From Eledone cirrhosa (taxonomy: Eukaryota), in NCBI GenBank assembly GCA_964016885.1, contig OZ024743.1:248806001-248870000 (forward strand): DNA of 64,000 nt, written 5' to 3'. Position 1 is the first letter of the stretch, and each line of letters opens with the position of its first letter. Both the position numbers and the translations under genes were made by a program. Of the stretch, positions 38,201 to 51,900 are shown one piece after another. Under the pieces are notes generated by a model. That model was not told the DNA's origin, made no database searches, and worked only from the letters and a program-made list of their open reading frames with translations.

Positions 38201-39109
38201 ACTGAAAGGACCAATTTGTTAGCTGGACCATTCCCAGAACCCATCCATCATAGAAGTATGGTGTCTCTTTTTCTGACCAGGGATCTTTTGAAAGTTTGTG
38301 GCACATTGAAGGCAAACAGAAACACGACATTGTAAATGTAACAAGATGTAAATGTAAACAAATAAATATGCTGCATAAGTATAGCACATTTATTAACGAG
38401 ATAAATACAATGTTTGTTTATGTTTTGTTTTTCCGTTTCTGTTTTCCTATGTATTGTGCGTGTGTATGCAAAAAGATCTGCACACGAATATATAATTATA
38501 TATATATAATTAAAAGGTGTATGTGGGTTAGAAGCGAAGTCAGTGTTCAGAAAGATTTTACAAATGTACGTAGATTGGCTGGTATAAGTGTCTCACACGA
38601 AATAGTGTGGTTTCTTTTCACTTGTGTGTATATATGTGTGCGGTATGTATCTATATATAAATCTGTGTGTATATTGTTGTTTATAGATTTTGTGAAGTAC
38701 TTACTGCGATCCCTAAGGGTTCTAATCTTCACTGATCTCTCTTCTTCTCTTCTTCTCTATCTGTGATCACCTTCCCCTCCACTCTCACATCACCCTAGCA
38801 AATCATATTACATGTCAACTCTAAACTACACCACACATCATAAGCTCATGACATCACACATATGTGCTTCATGCATAGAAACATTGGAATTACTAATGTA
38901 AATTATTGTTTTTGTTTATTTAGAGTTCATTTGTGCCTTCTACTTATTTGTACAGTATTTTGCATTGGTGTGTGAATTTCAACCACTTGAAAGTAATAAT
39001 CCAGTAATAGTTGACCCAAAAAATGTAACCACAACATCACCTTAAAATGTTGACTTCTACATGAGTATATACAGTAAATAAGTAGAGCTAAGACACATGG
39101 CTATCATTT

Positions 39110-39522
39110 GTTATACACCAGGTACAACATAACTGTCCATGTAATCTACACCAGGTACAACATAACTGTCCATGTAATCTACACCAGGTACAACATAGCT
39201 ATCCATGTGATATACACTAGGTACAACATAGCTATCCATGTGATATACACTAGGTACAACATAGCTATCCATGTGATATACACTAGGTACAACATAGCTG
39301 TCTGTGATATACACTAGATACAACATAGATGACCACCATGTGATATACACTAGGTACAGCACATGACCATGATATACACTAGATACAACATAGCTGACCA
39401 TATGATATACACTAGATACAACATAGCTACCCATGTGATATACACTAGGTACAACACAGAAGTCCATGTGATATTCAGTAGATGCAATATAAATGACCAT
39501 GTGATATACACTAAATACAACA
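39110..39522. repeat. 33-bp minisatellite, about 12 copies, next to a TXNRD splice donor
   Basis: Unit gtgatatacactaggtacaacatagctatccat. Confidence 0.95.
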
Positions 39523-39537
39523 AATAGACATACTTAC

Positions 39538-39672
39538 TTCTGAACAGGTTGGATGAATTCCAATAGTACCATCAAAGTCCTGCTTTGTAGCTCCTAATCT
39601 CAAAGCCACAGCATACCCTTGGGTCACTTCACCAGCATTGGGGCCAGCATAATGGAATCCAATAACTTTATC
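39538..39672 (-). CDS. TXNRD: TXNRD penultimate coding exon, contains the catalytic His motif
   Basis: [45 protein letters not shown]; 135 nt; tag/gtaag. Confidence 0.96.
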
Positions 39673-39776
39673 CTAAACACAAATCATCCCAAATTAGCTA
39701 AAATATTGAGAACATTGTTTTTAATTAGTTAATTTATAAATGAACATATGCAATTATTAAAATATCAAGAACTTAC

Positions 39777-39872
39777 ATTCTTAGATTTCTGACAAATTAA
39801 TTTGACATAGCATTCTTTGGAACTCCTTTGAGGAACAGTGTACTCAAGAGGTACAAAACTGGAATGATAGAC
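39777..39872 (-). CDS. TXNRD: TXNRD exon
   Basis: VYHSSFVPLEYTVPQRSSKECYVKLICQKSKN; 96 nt; cag/gtaag. Confidence 0.94.
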
Positions 39873-40729
39873 CTGAAATAAGAAATACAGAAATTTTCAC
39901 TGATCTTTCAAGCCAAACAATATTCAAAGTTATCCTAGTAAAAACTAAAAATAAATGGACTTCCATTGGTTGACTGTTCCAGTTGTTTAATCAACAGAGC
40001 AACTTACTTATTAAATTAACATCTAAGCCATGATTATTCCACCAACATATGTACACTTAAAATGCTAAAGTGTTAAGGTAGTTCCGAAGGAGATTCAGCA
40101 TAATACACTAAGGCTAGCCTTTGGAAATTACACACAGTCCAGCTGACAGGCTTTCAAACAGTTTCCATCTACTAAATTTCACTCACCCCAAAGCTATGGT
40201 AAGAGACAATTGCCTAAGAAGCCACAGTCAGATCAAACCTAGAACTTCATGACTGTGAAGTAAACTTCTTAACCATTCGACAACGTTGCGTCCTGGTCAG
40301 CCTTGTATTAAGAAAACTCTCAATAACTCAATTTATCTCAGAGATTTACAGAATCATGCTTTTTATTTAACTAGAATGAACTGCTTGAACTGTAGACATT
40401 TTTTCTCCATAATTTCCTTCAGTTTCACAGAGAATGTTAGATGTAAACAAGAATAGACTGGGAATAATACTTAGATAATTAGCTCCTCACATTAGCTCCT
40501 AAATTCTTCATAAATTACATTATAAAAAGGAGTTGACCGACATTAGAAAGGCTTAGTTTTCTTGTTGCCTGGAAGTTATTATAAAATGCTTTCTAAATAA
40601 ATATTTTTAATGCAATGGCTTATTTGACTTTATAACAAAGAACACTATTGGTTTCAAGAGAATTTTTTTCGGCCAATATATAGCCAGTGTAATGTTTGGG
40701 GATATGTCAGCCTGGTAACTCTATAAAGG

Positions 40730-40949
40730 TTAACCCTTTAGCATTTACATTACTCTATATATACTATTGTATTTTCATGGTAAACACTTTATTTCACATA
40801 ATTATCTCATATCAATCTATGAGATTTTGATATTTATTTTGAGAAGAATACCTTAACATAAGTATGAGTAGCCATTTACAGCCAGTTTGAACAGAAAGAG
40901 GTGAGAGAATTCTGGCTGGATACAGCTGGTTTGAATGCTAAAGGGTTAA
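40730..40949. mobile_element. piggyBac-type MITE
   Basis: TTAA-ccctttagcatt ... aatgctaaaggg-TTAA. Confidence 0.8.
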
Positions 40950-41119
40950 AGTATAATTTATTTTTATCAAACACTTTGCTTCCAGCTATGACAAGGTATC
41001 TACAGATAAGTGACAGTCTGAAATAATTTAATCAACATCTGTCTGAATTTAACAATTTTCCCATATTTCTGTAAAGTTTTCAAGTCAAGAAGAAAAGTTC
41101 AATTATAATCATAACAAAC

Positions 41120-41227
41120 CTCAATATCATTTTCACCAATCGTTTCTCTAGCAGTATCCTCTGACATTCCAATGGAACCATATTCAAGAGGTGTGAAAAC
41201 AGTTGTTGGTATAAAATTATAATCACA
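41120..41227 (-). CDS. TXNRD: TXNRD exon, interface domain
   Basis: [36 protein letters not shown]; 108 nt; tag/gtttg. Confidence 0.95.
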
Positions 41228-42078
41228 CTACAGAAATGAAAACAGAGAGAGAAAGAAATGAGAATATATTTCACATGCAAAATCATCATCATCCTCATTT
41301 TATGTCCGCTTTTCCCAATATCATCATCACCATTGTTTCACATTTATTTTCTGTGCTTACATGGGTTAGAGACACAGTCACGTACTGAGGCATGACTGGT
41401 CAAGTGACGTCTTGTTTGTATGTTCAACACAGAAAATGGATTATTATATATTTAACACATGCACACAAAATAGATTACAATATATTACACACACACACAC
41501 ACTAATAAACAGTAATTTCACCTATCATCTACCATTAAAATATGAAACCTTTTCATACTAAACCGTCTGAAACTACCCTTTATTCTATGATACACAGGTG
41601 TTTATTTTAAAGTGTCTTAATCTTCAAAATAATAGTACTATGTCATAATAAAATGCACCCAATACAGTTTGTAAAATAGTTGGAATGATGTGCACTAAGA
41701 AGGGCATCCAGACATAGAAACCATGTCAAAAATGGAATTCAACAACCCATCCAACCAATGCCAGCATGGAAAGCAGACATGATGATGATGATACATTTCT
41801 TCAAAATAAAATTAGCATATAAGGGAGGTAATCTTTATATAATGGCAAAATATTAAACTTTTTGGCTTAACCTTACTTCTTAATAAATTATTTTTTCCAT
41901 TATCAACTAGATTAGCCTGGCCTTAAAATCAGAGAATTATGGGTTCAATCCCCCAGCCATGCAAAGCATTATATCTTCGAGTAAGACACTTAGATGTTAC
42001 TCCAATCCACCCTGCTGAAAATGAGTATCAGCAGCAAGTAGGTGTAACATCAGGATAATTGAGATAAGCTCAAACTTA

Positions 42079-42303
<225 letters not shown>

Positions 42304-42365
42304 TTATAAAATCAACATTTAATATATTCATTTTCCCTGCAAGCAAGTGGTGGATGATGTGGACT

Positions 42366-43096
42366 TACGGAGGGATGAATCAGTTGTATAAATGGCTTAT
42401 CTTCTAAAGAAAGACAGCACTAGATAATTGTTTCTACTTTTTAACAGCTCCCAATTTTAGCCCATCGAGTGATGGGCGCAGAACTATGAACCGGCCTGAA
42501 GTTTCTAGTCCAGCTGGGGAAAACTCCATTAGAAGCAATCAGAATACTGCAGCACGTGTATGGAGATGAGTCTATGTTGCGCTCATGGGTTTTTGAGTGG
42601 CACAAAAGGTTCAAAGAGGGGTACGAGGACATGGAAGACGATCCCAGGCCAATGTTGAGTGCGTGGCGATCATCAGCTGACTGCCCGACTGATCACAAGT
42701 GAGTTGGGGATGAACTGCAACAGCATTTGGAAGATTATCACCAAAGATTTGGGCATTCAGAAGATCTGCAGAAATATGGTGCCAAAGCATCCAGCAGTTC
42801 CTGGCTGAGATGTAGGTCATCATACTGGAGCAACCTCTATACTCACCTGATCTGGCATCGTGATTTTTTTTAATTTTAGCCAAGCTCATGAGGGTCATCA
42901 AGGAGATCCGTTTTCCAGACATGGAAGCTATCAAGAAGGCCACAATGATGGAGCTGTGGAGAATCCTTTCAGGAATGCATGGTGGAGAGGGATAGGAAAG
43001 TGCCAAGGAGGATTATTTCAAAGGGGAAAACTTGTAGTTTGGATTTGAAACATTTTTTGCAAGACCAGTCCTGTTTCTTTTCTGACACACCTTGTA
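42366..43096 (+). mobile_element. Internally deleted mariner transposon
   Basis: KFLVQLGKTPLEA...VFEWHKRFKEG.EDMEDDPR (HTH) and YSPDLAS.DFF motifs; TA-flanked degenerate ends. Confidence 0.8.
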
Positions 43097-43380
43097 TTAA
43101 CTCTTTTGATTCTAAACTCCTTGAAAGCGGCCTTGGTTCTATGATACAGAGCCTATTATTTTAACATGTTTATAATCATCTAAAAAACTTCCATCATAAT
43201 TTTATGTAAAAACTTTTGTTAAATTATGTTCTGAACATCAATTTAATAATGAGAAAGTTATATTAGTAAATCCCATTAATTCTTGATTATTTTCCAAATT
43301 ATTTCAAACACACAGGCTGTGTATTTCATTAGAAATATGATAGCAAATTGGCTAAAAAATTTTGACAAAAGTTAACTCAC

Positions 43381-43457
43381 TTAGGGTTTTTTTTGACACC
43401 TACAGCATTAAGATTCAAATCATTGGTGATAGCTTGTCGTCCAATAGCCAAAACTAC
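43381..43457 (-). CDS. TXNRD: TXNRD exon
   Basis: VVLAIGRQAITNDLNLNAVGVKKNP(K); 77 nt; tag/gtgag; AIGR motif. Confidence 0.94.
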
Positions 43458-44079
43458 CTAAAAAATAGGAACATCATACAGACTTAAACATTCAGAAAAT
43501 TGAAGTTGTAATGCATTCATAATCACTGTTTAACAATGAATTAGAAAGCTGTCAAATCAGGTGATTAGGTCTTGCTAATATGCATTGGTTTCTATAGATG
43601 GATGCCCTTCCCAACACTAACCACTTTACAGCGTGTACTGAGAAAATTTTATCATGACTCCAGCATTACAGGTTGGATGGGTGCTTTTTTCATAGCACCA
43701 GCATCCCCTCATTACAGCATTAGGGGGCTCAGTATCCTTGGTCTTTTTTTTTAAATTCCAAGAGAAAATTCACTTATCAATCATCATTATGATTTTACAT
43801 TTGTGTTCCATGCTTGCATGAATTATCACATTCTGAGACTAGAAGGGCTTCATGACCATGCTTTGTTCTTATGTCCCATGGTTTCTAGTTGGATGCGCTT
43901 CCTATCACCAACCACTTTATAGAGTGTACTATGTATATTTGGTTGTGGAACCAGCACTACATTTTCATGCCCTCCTTTCCATGCTGCCATGGGTTGGACA
44001 GAATAATTTGAAAATGTTTTACAACCAGACACCATTCCTCTTAACCAAATATACACCCCAATCCACTACCCCTACCCTA

Positions 44080-44398
44080 TCCTCCCACTCCCACCAATCC
44101 CTCTCTATAAAGTTGGTACCACAACATCCAGTCCAAATAAATGAGATAAATGAGATCGAGATCGTGTAGGTGTCACAAGAAAAAAAACACACAGTCCACG
44201 CTGTAATGTGGCCGTGTAGGTAGCACGTAAAAAGTTGCTAGTTCCACACTGTATATGTGGTTGGTGTTAGGAAGGGCATCCAGCTGTAGAAAACCTGCCA
44301 GATAGTCCTATATGAGCGAGACACGGTCAGCCGACCAACCTTGCCTCAAGTGGGACAACTCCCGTCAAACCCATGCTAGCGTGAAAAGTGGACGTTAA

Positions 44399-44430
<32 letters not shown>
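44080..44430 (+). mobile_element. Short copy of the 3' region of the 17885 RTE
   Basis: Matches 19790-20125 (gagatcgtgtaggtgtcac...ggacgttaaa(tga)n). Confidence 0.75.
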
Positions 44431-44470
44431 TGAATGCCAACCCTTGAGATGTCTAAAATGATGTGCTTAC

Positions 44471-44557
44471 TGTATTAAACTCATCTGTCTTTTCTTCAGT
44501 CTCTGTGGCATAGGTGACTAGTAGCTTTCTAGGTTGATCATCAGTAAGTTCTTCCAC
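44471..44557 (-). CDS. TXNRD: TXNRD exon
   Basis: VEELTDDQPRKLLVTYATETEEKTDEFNT; 87 nt; cag/gtaag; phases 0/0. Confidence 0.9.
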
Positions 44558-44919
44558 CTGCATAGAAACATATGTTTAAAGAAATATACTCATCATTACA
44601 GGAACAAAAAAAAAATGCTTAAAATTTTCCAAGCTATTAAAGAGAGTTATTGAAATACTATCCTCAAGTTCCTAAACTACAAAACTAAAATCCTCATTTA
44701 TCAAAAATATTATATATTGATTTCTAATTTAGGCACAAAACGAACAAATTTTTGGGAAAGTGGCAAAATTAATTTAATCATTCCAAATACTTGACTGGTT
44801 CTTTATTTTATTGACGACCCCAGAAAATGAAAGGCAAAATTGACCTCAGTGGAATCTGAAGTCAGAACATATATCACTATGGCATTTTATCTGACGGTCT
44901 ACCAATTCTGCCAATCCAC

Positions 44920-46650
44920 CAGTGGCGTAACTGAGGGGCAAAGGGAGCACGTGCCCCCGGGCGCCGTTTTGAGGGAGGGGGGGGGGGGCAAAATTGACCA
45001 AGATTGTTGACTTAAAAAATGAATTCATTCATCTACTTGCTCTCAACGTCAAGAAGAATGTTCTTTGACGGATAAAAAATGCTCGTCATTATGCACTGAT
45101 GGTGGATGGATGTTGATTTCGACAAAAGGACAGTTCGCATCAGAGTCCTTTCTGGGGTTCACCCTACTGGAAGAGAAAGATGCAGCCAGTATTGTAGAAC
45201 TTATTTTGAAAGAATTGAAAGATGATGGCCTTCGTTGAGTGATTGCAAGGCACAATGTTACAACAACGCTGCGGTTATGGCCGGACACACCAGTGGGGTT
45301 CAACAACGCATAACGAATTTGAACGAAAAGGCGATATTTGTTAACTGTGACAACCATTCACTTAACCTCGTTGGTTTGACCGCAGCAAAGAGTAGCTTCA
45401 AAGTTATGTCATTTCAACATCGAGTCATTGTTTGTGTTCTTTTCGCGATCAACACGGCATTGGGAAAAGTTAAAGCAAGCAATCCCTTTCGTTCTGAAAT
45501 CTCCATCGGACACTAGGTGGAGCGCAAGAGCAGATGCTGTAAAGCATCTTGCAAACTTTCTGAATGAAATCCTCGAGCTTCTGCAAAAGTTGGTAGAGGA
45601 TAATGAGGAGAGATCCGACACACGAAGTGATGCAGAACATCTTTTAAGCCAAATGCTTGTCTTCCACTTCTTCGTGTTGCTTGGATTTTGGAATAGGATT
45701 CTGGCTCGAATCGATCGGGTTCAGAAACGCCTTCAAGATCCAACAATGAACTTCCGGGATGCCGCTGATGACATCAAAGCCCTCCAGCAATATTTTGCGG
45801 ATAATGGAAGTACTATTGCCCAGTAATCACTTAATACAGGCATTGAGTTAAGTCAACGCTGGAACATTGACATCAGCAAACGTAGCGGAAGGCCAAGACG
45901 GCAGCTTTCAGATAATTCTGAAGATGAATTACTATCACCAGCCAGTGAAGTAAAAACAGTCATGCAAACTGTTCTCCTTCGAATTCAATCAGAAATGCAT
46001 CTACGATTCACCCGTCTCAACGATATTGATGCGAGGTTTGGCTTCCTCCTCGATGTCTGCTCTCTGTGCTATCCATGTTTTCCAGATGACCTCGCGCTTC
46101 GATCAAAGTGTTCTTCATTAGCTGATCACTACAATGCTGACATTGACGGCAAGGAGCTTTTTGAAGAAATTGTTGACTGTCGGGCGTTGTTGTCAACCCA
46201 CACTAATGTTTCAGTCCCAAGACCAGAACACCTCCTGAATGTTTGTTATTGTTCAATACGGAGACAACAGTGTATTTCCGAATTTGCATATCGGTCTACA
46301 GATACTGCTAACAATGGCCGTTTCCGTCGCAAGCTGTGAGAGATCCCTCAGCAAGCTCAACCTCATCTTATCATATTTGCGGACATTAATGTCTCAAAGC
46401 CGTCTGCGCGATCTTGCTATCCTCAACATAGAAAACGAAGAAACAAACACAACCGATTTTGATGAAATAATCGATCAACTTGCATCAGCTAAAGCTAGAA
46501 AGATCTCTTTGTAAATATTTTTTTACTCTTTTTTCCATATTAATTTTATAAAAGTAATTTTAAATCATATATTCATGTTTTTTCATGTCATTTAATTTAC
46601 TGAAGGGGAGACGAGGGGGGGGGGGGGGGAATACCTGGTTACGACACCCT
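44920..46650 (+). mobile_element. hAT DNA transposon remnant (ZMYM1/THAP12-like transposase C-terminal half)
   Basis: CDNHSLNL, SDTRWSAR, hATC-like SVASCERSLSKL; left end cagtggcgtaac, degenerate right end gttacgacac; frameshifts; no TSD seen. Confidence 0.85.
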
Positions 46651-46768
46651 AAAAAAAGATGATATGAATGAATTATGTACAAGATGGCAAAAGAGCTAAG
46701 TATATTGTTACAATTCCTGTTCTAAAATCTCTGCATATCACCCAGTTGATTACGGCTACTTTTAATAC

Positions 46769-47250
46769 ATAATTGTTTCTACTTTGGGCACAAGGCCAGC
46801 AAATATCCCAGTGTATTACTGGTACTTTATTTTATCGACCCTGTAAGGATGAAAGGTAAAGTTAACCTCGGCGGGATTTGAACTCAGATCATAAAGGGGC
46901 ATAACTCTGTGCTGCAAGGCATGGTGTCTCACCCTCTACTGATACTGCCAATCCACCGCCCTACTTTTAATACATAATTGTTTCTACTTTAGGCACAAGG
47001 CCAGCAATTACCCCAGTGCATTACTGGTTCTTTATTTTATCGACCCCGTAAGGATGAAAGGCAAAGTTAACCTCGGCAGGATTTAAACTCAGAATGGCAA
47101 GGGCCGTAACTATGCGTCAAAGCATGGCGTCTGACTTTCTACCGATACTGCCATTTAATACATAATTGTTTCTACTTTTGGCACAAGGCCAGTAATTACC
47201 CAGTACATTACTGGTACTTTATTTTATCGACCCCGTAAGGATGAAAGGCA
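46769..47250 (-). mobile_element. Three tandem SINE family B copies
   Basis: Each begins tttaatacataattgtttctact; third copy truncated. Confidence 0.85.
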
Positions 47251-48424
47251 TAATGATTGCTAGTGTTAGAAAGATTAAGCCATAAGACTTCAAATTCTAC
47301 CTTTTTATAATTAACCCTTTTTATAATTAACCTAAAACCACTATTGGTTTTATGATATACATTTTACTGTATTAAATAGTATATTAGTAAATTTGAACCT
47401 TCTATCATAATTTTATATAAGAACATCTAGTTAAGTTATATTCTAAATATATTTTGCTAAATTTATCCAAATTCTTGTATATTTTAAGTATTGTGTGAAA
47501 CACATAAGCAAAGTATAAAGATCCCATTACTTCTTGTGGAGTAGTAGAGGCACTGTCAAACGGCATGTCTAGGGCACTTTTAAACCTGGCAGAGTCCAAC
47601 CCTCTCCAAGTCTGAAAACAGCTGATTTTTTTCTATAGACAAAGAATTGACCCCAGTACAGGACTGGTACTTTTTTTATTGACCTTAAAATTTGAACTCA
47701 GAGCGCGCAATGAGGTGGGACAAATACCGTAAAGCATTCTATCTAACGTCTCAACGACTGCCAATTTGCCACCTATAAGCAAAGTAACTAATTATAAATT
47801 TGGCTACAAAATGGCTAAATATTATGATACAGCTTTAGTACAGCCAATTTTGGGTGTATTTGGGGATGAAGTTAAAGTTAAAAAATAAATACACCTAAAT
47901 GCATACAAGTGTTGTGACAAAGTGCAACATTAAAAAGGTGATATCATCATCGTCATTTTTACATCCACTTTTCCATACTGGCATGGATTGGACAGGATCA
48001 TTTGAGACAATGTTTTACAGCTGAATGCCCTTCCTGAGTCACTTGTAACAATCTACAGGGATATTCTAAAAATTGGGATATATTGCATTTTAATCTATAA
48101 AAATGAGGTGTGAGAGCTTTGATAGGTTCTGTGCATAAATGGAGGTCTATAATACTTGATTATGAATCTCCAGTTTTACACACAACTGCCTATCCACTTG
48201 TGTGTAGTTGCGTAGTTAGCAATAAAGCATTTGCCCTCCCACTGATACTGGCACAAAAATAAACTAAAACAAATCAAGATATAAAAAGGGAATCATTAAC
48301 TAGATTCAGTGCATCTTAAAAAGCACCATATTCATTTTTACAAAGCCAAATTAAATATGCCATAACATAAAGAACGATCATATATTATAGTGATCACATT
48401 CTTTGCAAAGAAACTAATCTAACA

Positions 48425-48987
48425 AAAGGATCTTACATAAAATTATGATGTATGTTGTTTTTTTTAAATATAAACATTTAAAAATAGAACCTAGGAGTTT
48501 GTTTAGGTGGTTGGTATCAAAAGGGATAAACCTAACAGTATGTATATTATAGTGCTTTGATAAGCTCTGTTATGATATCTGTTAGTGGAATTTAGCTAAA
48601 GGACAATATAACACCTTAAAGTATTGCTCACTCAATGTTTGTTTAATCTTTGATATGAAAATAATTGTTTCTACTTTTGGCACAAGACCAGCAATTACCC
48701 AGTGTATTACTGGCCTTGTGCCAAAAGTAGAAACAATTATTTTCATATCAAAGATTAAACAAACATTGAGTGAGCAATACTTTAAGGTGTTATATTGTCC
48801 TTTAGCTAAATTCCACTAACATATTCTGTCTAACAGATATAATAGAACTTATCAAAGCACTATAATATACATACTGTTAGGTTTATCCCTTTTGATACCA
48901 ACCACCTAAACAAACTCCTAGGTTCTATTTTTAAATGTTTATATTTAAAAAAATAAACATGCATCATAATTTTATGTAAGATCCTTT
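48425..48987. repeat. Long inverted repeat (arms about 270 bp, 10-nt spacer)
   Basis: 48425-48695 is the reverse complement of 48706-48987 with a few substitutions and one short indel. Confidence 0.95.
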
Positions 48988-49219
48988 AAGTTATGCTCCA
49001 AACAACTTAAAGTTAGTTATGTTACTAAATACTTTCAAATTCTTGATTATTTTGAAAATGATTTGAAAACTAATCTGTCTTTGATTAGAAAGATTAAAGA
49101 GTAAATTTATTAATAGTTTAATATGCTAAATATTGAAATTAAATCAGCTAATTCTAAATAATTAAAACATAATAGGGAACCTAATTAATTATTAAATAAA
49201 TGACCTGAAAAATGAAATT

Positions 49220-49640
49220 TACAGCTTATACCTGTAGGTTTAACTAGTCTTTCATAGGAGGTTTTTTGGTTGTTTTGATGATAGGGGCTCCAGTGATTTC
49301 TTAAACACGTGTCATCAATACAGCTTACACCTATGTAGGTTTAGTTGGCTTCATATAAGGTTGCATTTCATAGGAAGTGTCTTGCATATTTTAATGATAG
49401 GAGGCCTCAGTCATTTCATATACATATGTATGTCATTGATATAGTTCACACCTATGTAGGTTTAGTTGGCCTCCTATGAGGTTACATCACATAGGTTTCA
49501 TGGCTGTTTTAATATGGGCCACAATCCTATCATGATGTTGTTGTTACAGCTCACACCTATGTAGGTTTAGCTAGCCTTATGTGAGGTTGCATCACATAGG
49601 TTTACTGGGTGTTTTAATTATAGGGGCCCTAGTCCTAGTA
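49220..49640. repeat. Degenerate tandem repeat, about 100-120 bp unit, 4 copies
   Basis: Recurring acagctyacacctatgtaggtttag. Confidence 0.75.
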
Positions 49641-49667
49641 TAAAAAGCAAAATGACATGAACCATCA

Positions 49668-50072
<405 letters not shown>

Positions 50073-51530
50073 TCAACACATAAGCTGGATGAGTTGTCAT
50101 GATCCCAAATCAGACAGGTTGGAGCAACTCATATTGCTCACTATTCCATGTTTAGCAAGGTTTCAACAGTTGGATGCTCTTATTAACTCCAACCACCTTA
50201 CAGAATGTACCGAGTACATATTATCATGTCACCAACACTACCACTTTACACTGTATAGTGGGTTCATTTTATTTTAGCATGAACACTAACACTTTGTGAA
50301 GAGGGCACTAGGCACATTTTATTGATACACCAATACTAGAAAAATTGTCACATGTTCAGCCAGACTAGAGAGTCCTCTCAAATTCGACTTTGTCTCCATT
50401 TGATTGTCAAACACTGATCTCTCCCCACATTTACTTTTAGTATCACAGTACAATCTTAGATAATTAAAAAAAAAAATATTCAGGCATAGTCGTGTGGTTA
50501 AGTTTGCTTCACAACCATGTGGTTTCAGGTTCCATCCCATTTTTTGACACTGTGGGCCTCTACAACAGCCTCACAGAAGAGATGACAATAGATCATGATG
50601 ACTGGTGACATGCTGTGCTAGAAAAACCTGCCCACTTGTACAAGCACAGCAATGCTAAATCTAAATATGGGGAGTAATCAGAGGCTGCATGGAGTGGAGA
50701 TGTCCCCTTTTAGGGGAGAGAACTGGTTAACCAACAAACTGAGTGACAAAGTAAAAAGGACCCTCATGTCTTGAAAAGAACTTGACAAACTTTTTGATAC
50801 TTTGACACCTCAAAGTGCCACAATAAAATGCACTCAGTACACACTGTAAGATGATACTGCTGGTGCTACAATAAAATACATCCAATACACTCTGTAAAAG
50901 AGTATTGGTGGTGCCATGATAAAATGCAATCTGTAAAGTATTTAGCATTAGGAAGGGCATCCAGTTGTAGAAACCATGTTAAATATGGAATGCATGAGCA
51001 AGACATGGTTATCTGATTATGTCTTTCTCCGACCATGACAAAGCGTCAACTCCTGCCAGCATGGAAAACAGATGGCTGCAGCATATACACGTGTATCTGC
51101 TAGCAAGGGTGTGATAATATTCAATCTGAGCGACCAACTACTTAGATGGACCAAGGGGCAGCATCTCGCTCACATACATTCCCTCACTATATATTTTACA
51201 TATAAAAATTTGAAAAATCAGGTCCACAGAACACCTCAATGGATCTTGTGTATATTATATCATATCTTACATATAGACATTCCAACAGGTACATGACCCA
51301 CAGAGAACAACTCAATGGCCTACATGTATATTCTATCATATCTTACATATAAACATTTGAAAAGGTTGGAGGCCCACAGAAAAAACCTCAATGGCGTACA
51401 TGTATATTTTATCTTACATATAAACATTTGGAAAGGTCAGAGGCCAACAAAGAACATCTCAATGGCCCACCTGTTGCTGACCTCTAGGGTAGAAGAAATA
51501 TAAAATGACTTGTTTGTAACAAGAAATTAC

Positions 51531-51646
51531 CTTGTGATACAACACTCTTTTGCTCCAGAGCATTCAAGATAATTTGGTCGCAGCCCAGTAGAAATTATAA
51601 AGTGTCCAGCAGTAACAGTGGTTACTTTGCCTTTCCTGTCAGTTGC
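51531..51646 (-). CDS. TXNRD: TXNRD exon
   Basis: ATDRKGKVTTVTAGHFIISTGLRPNYLECSGAKECCIT(S); 116 nt; tag/gtaat. Confidence 0.93.
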
Positions 51647-51795
51647 CTAAAGACAATGGAAACAAAATGGTTTAAGAACAAACTATTTTTGACAATATAT
51701 TAAGGGTTAAAATAAACATATTGAAAAAATTACAGAAATTAACTAGAGATTTTATCATTAAAGCAGATGTTAAACGATGTTGATTAAACACTTAC

Positions 51796-51900
51796 CTCTA
51801 TTTTATGTGGTCCAACAAACTTGGCATATGCATTATAGTAAGTTACTTTCTTTTCTCTGAGCTGAACTCGATAGTTCCAGTTTAGGGAACCAATGTGACC
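51796..51900 (-). CDS. TXNRD: TXNRD exon
   Basis: [35 protein letters not shown]; 105 nt; cag/gtaag. Confidence 0.95.

Noticed and set aside
45235-46514. Domesticated ZMYM1-like host gene
   Set aside because: Fragmented by frameshifts and stops, and bounded by TIR-like ends
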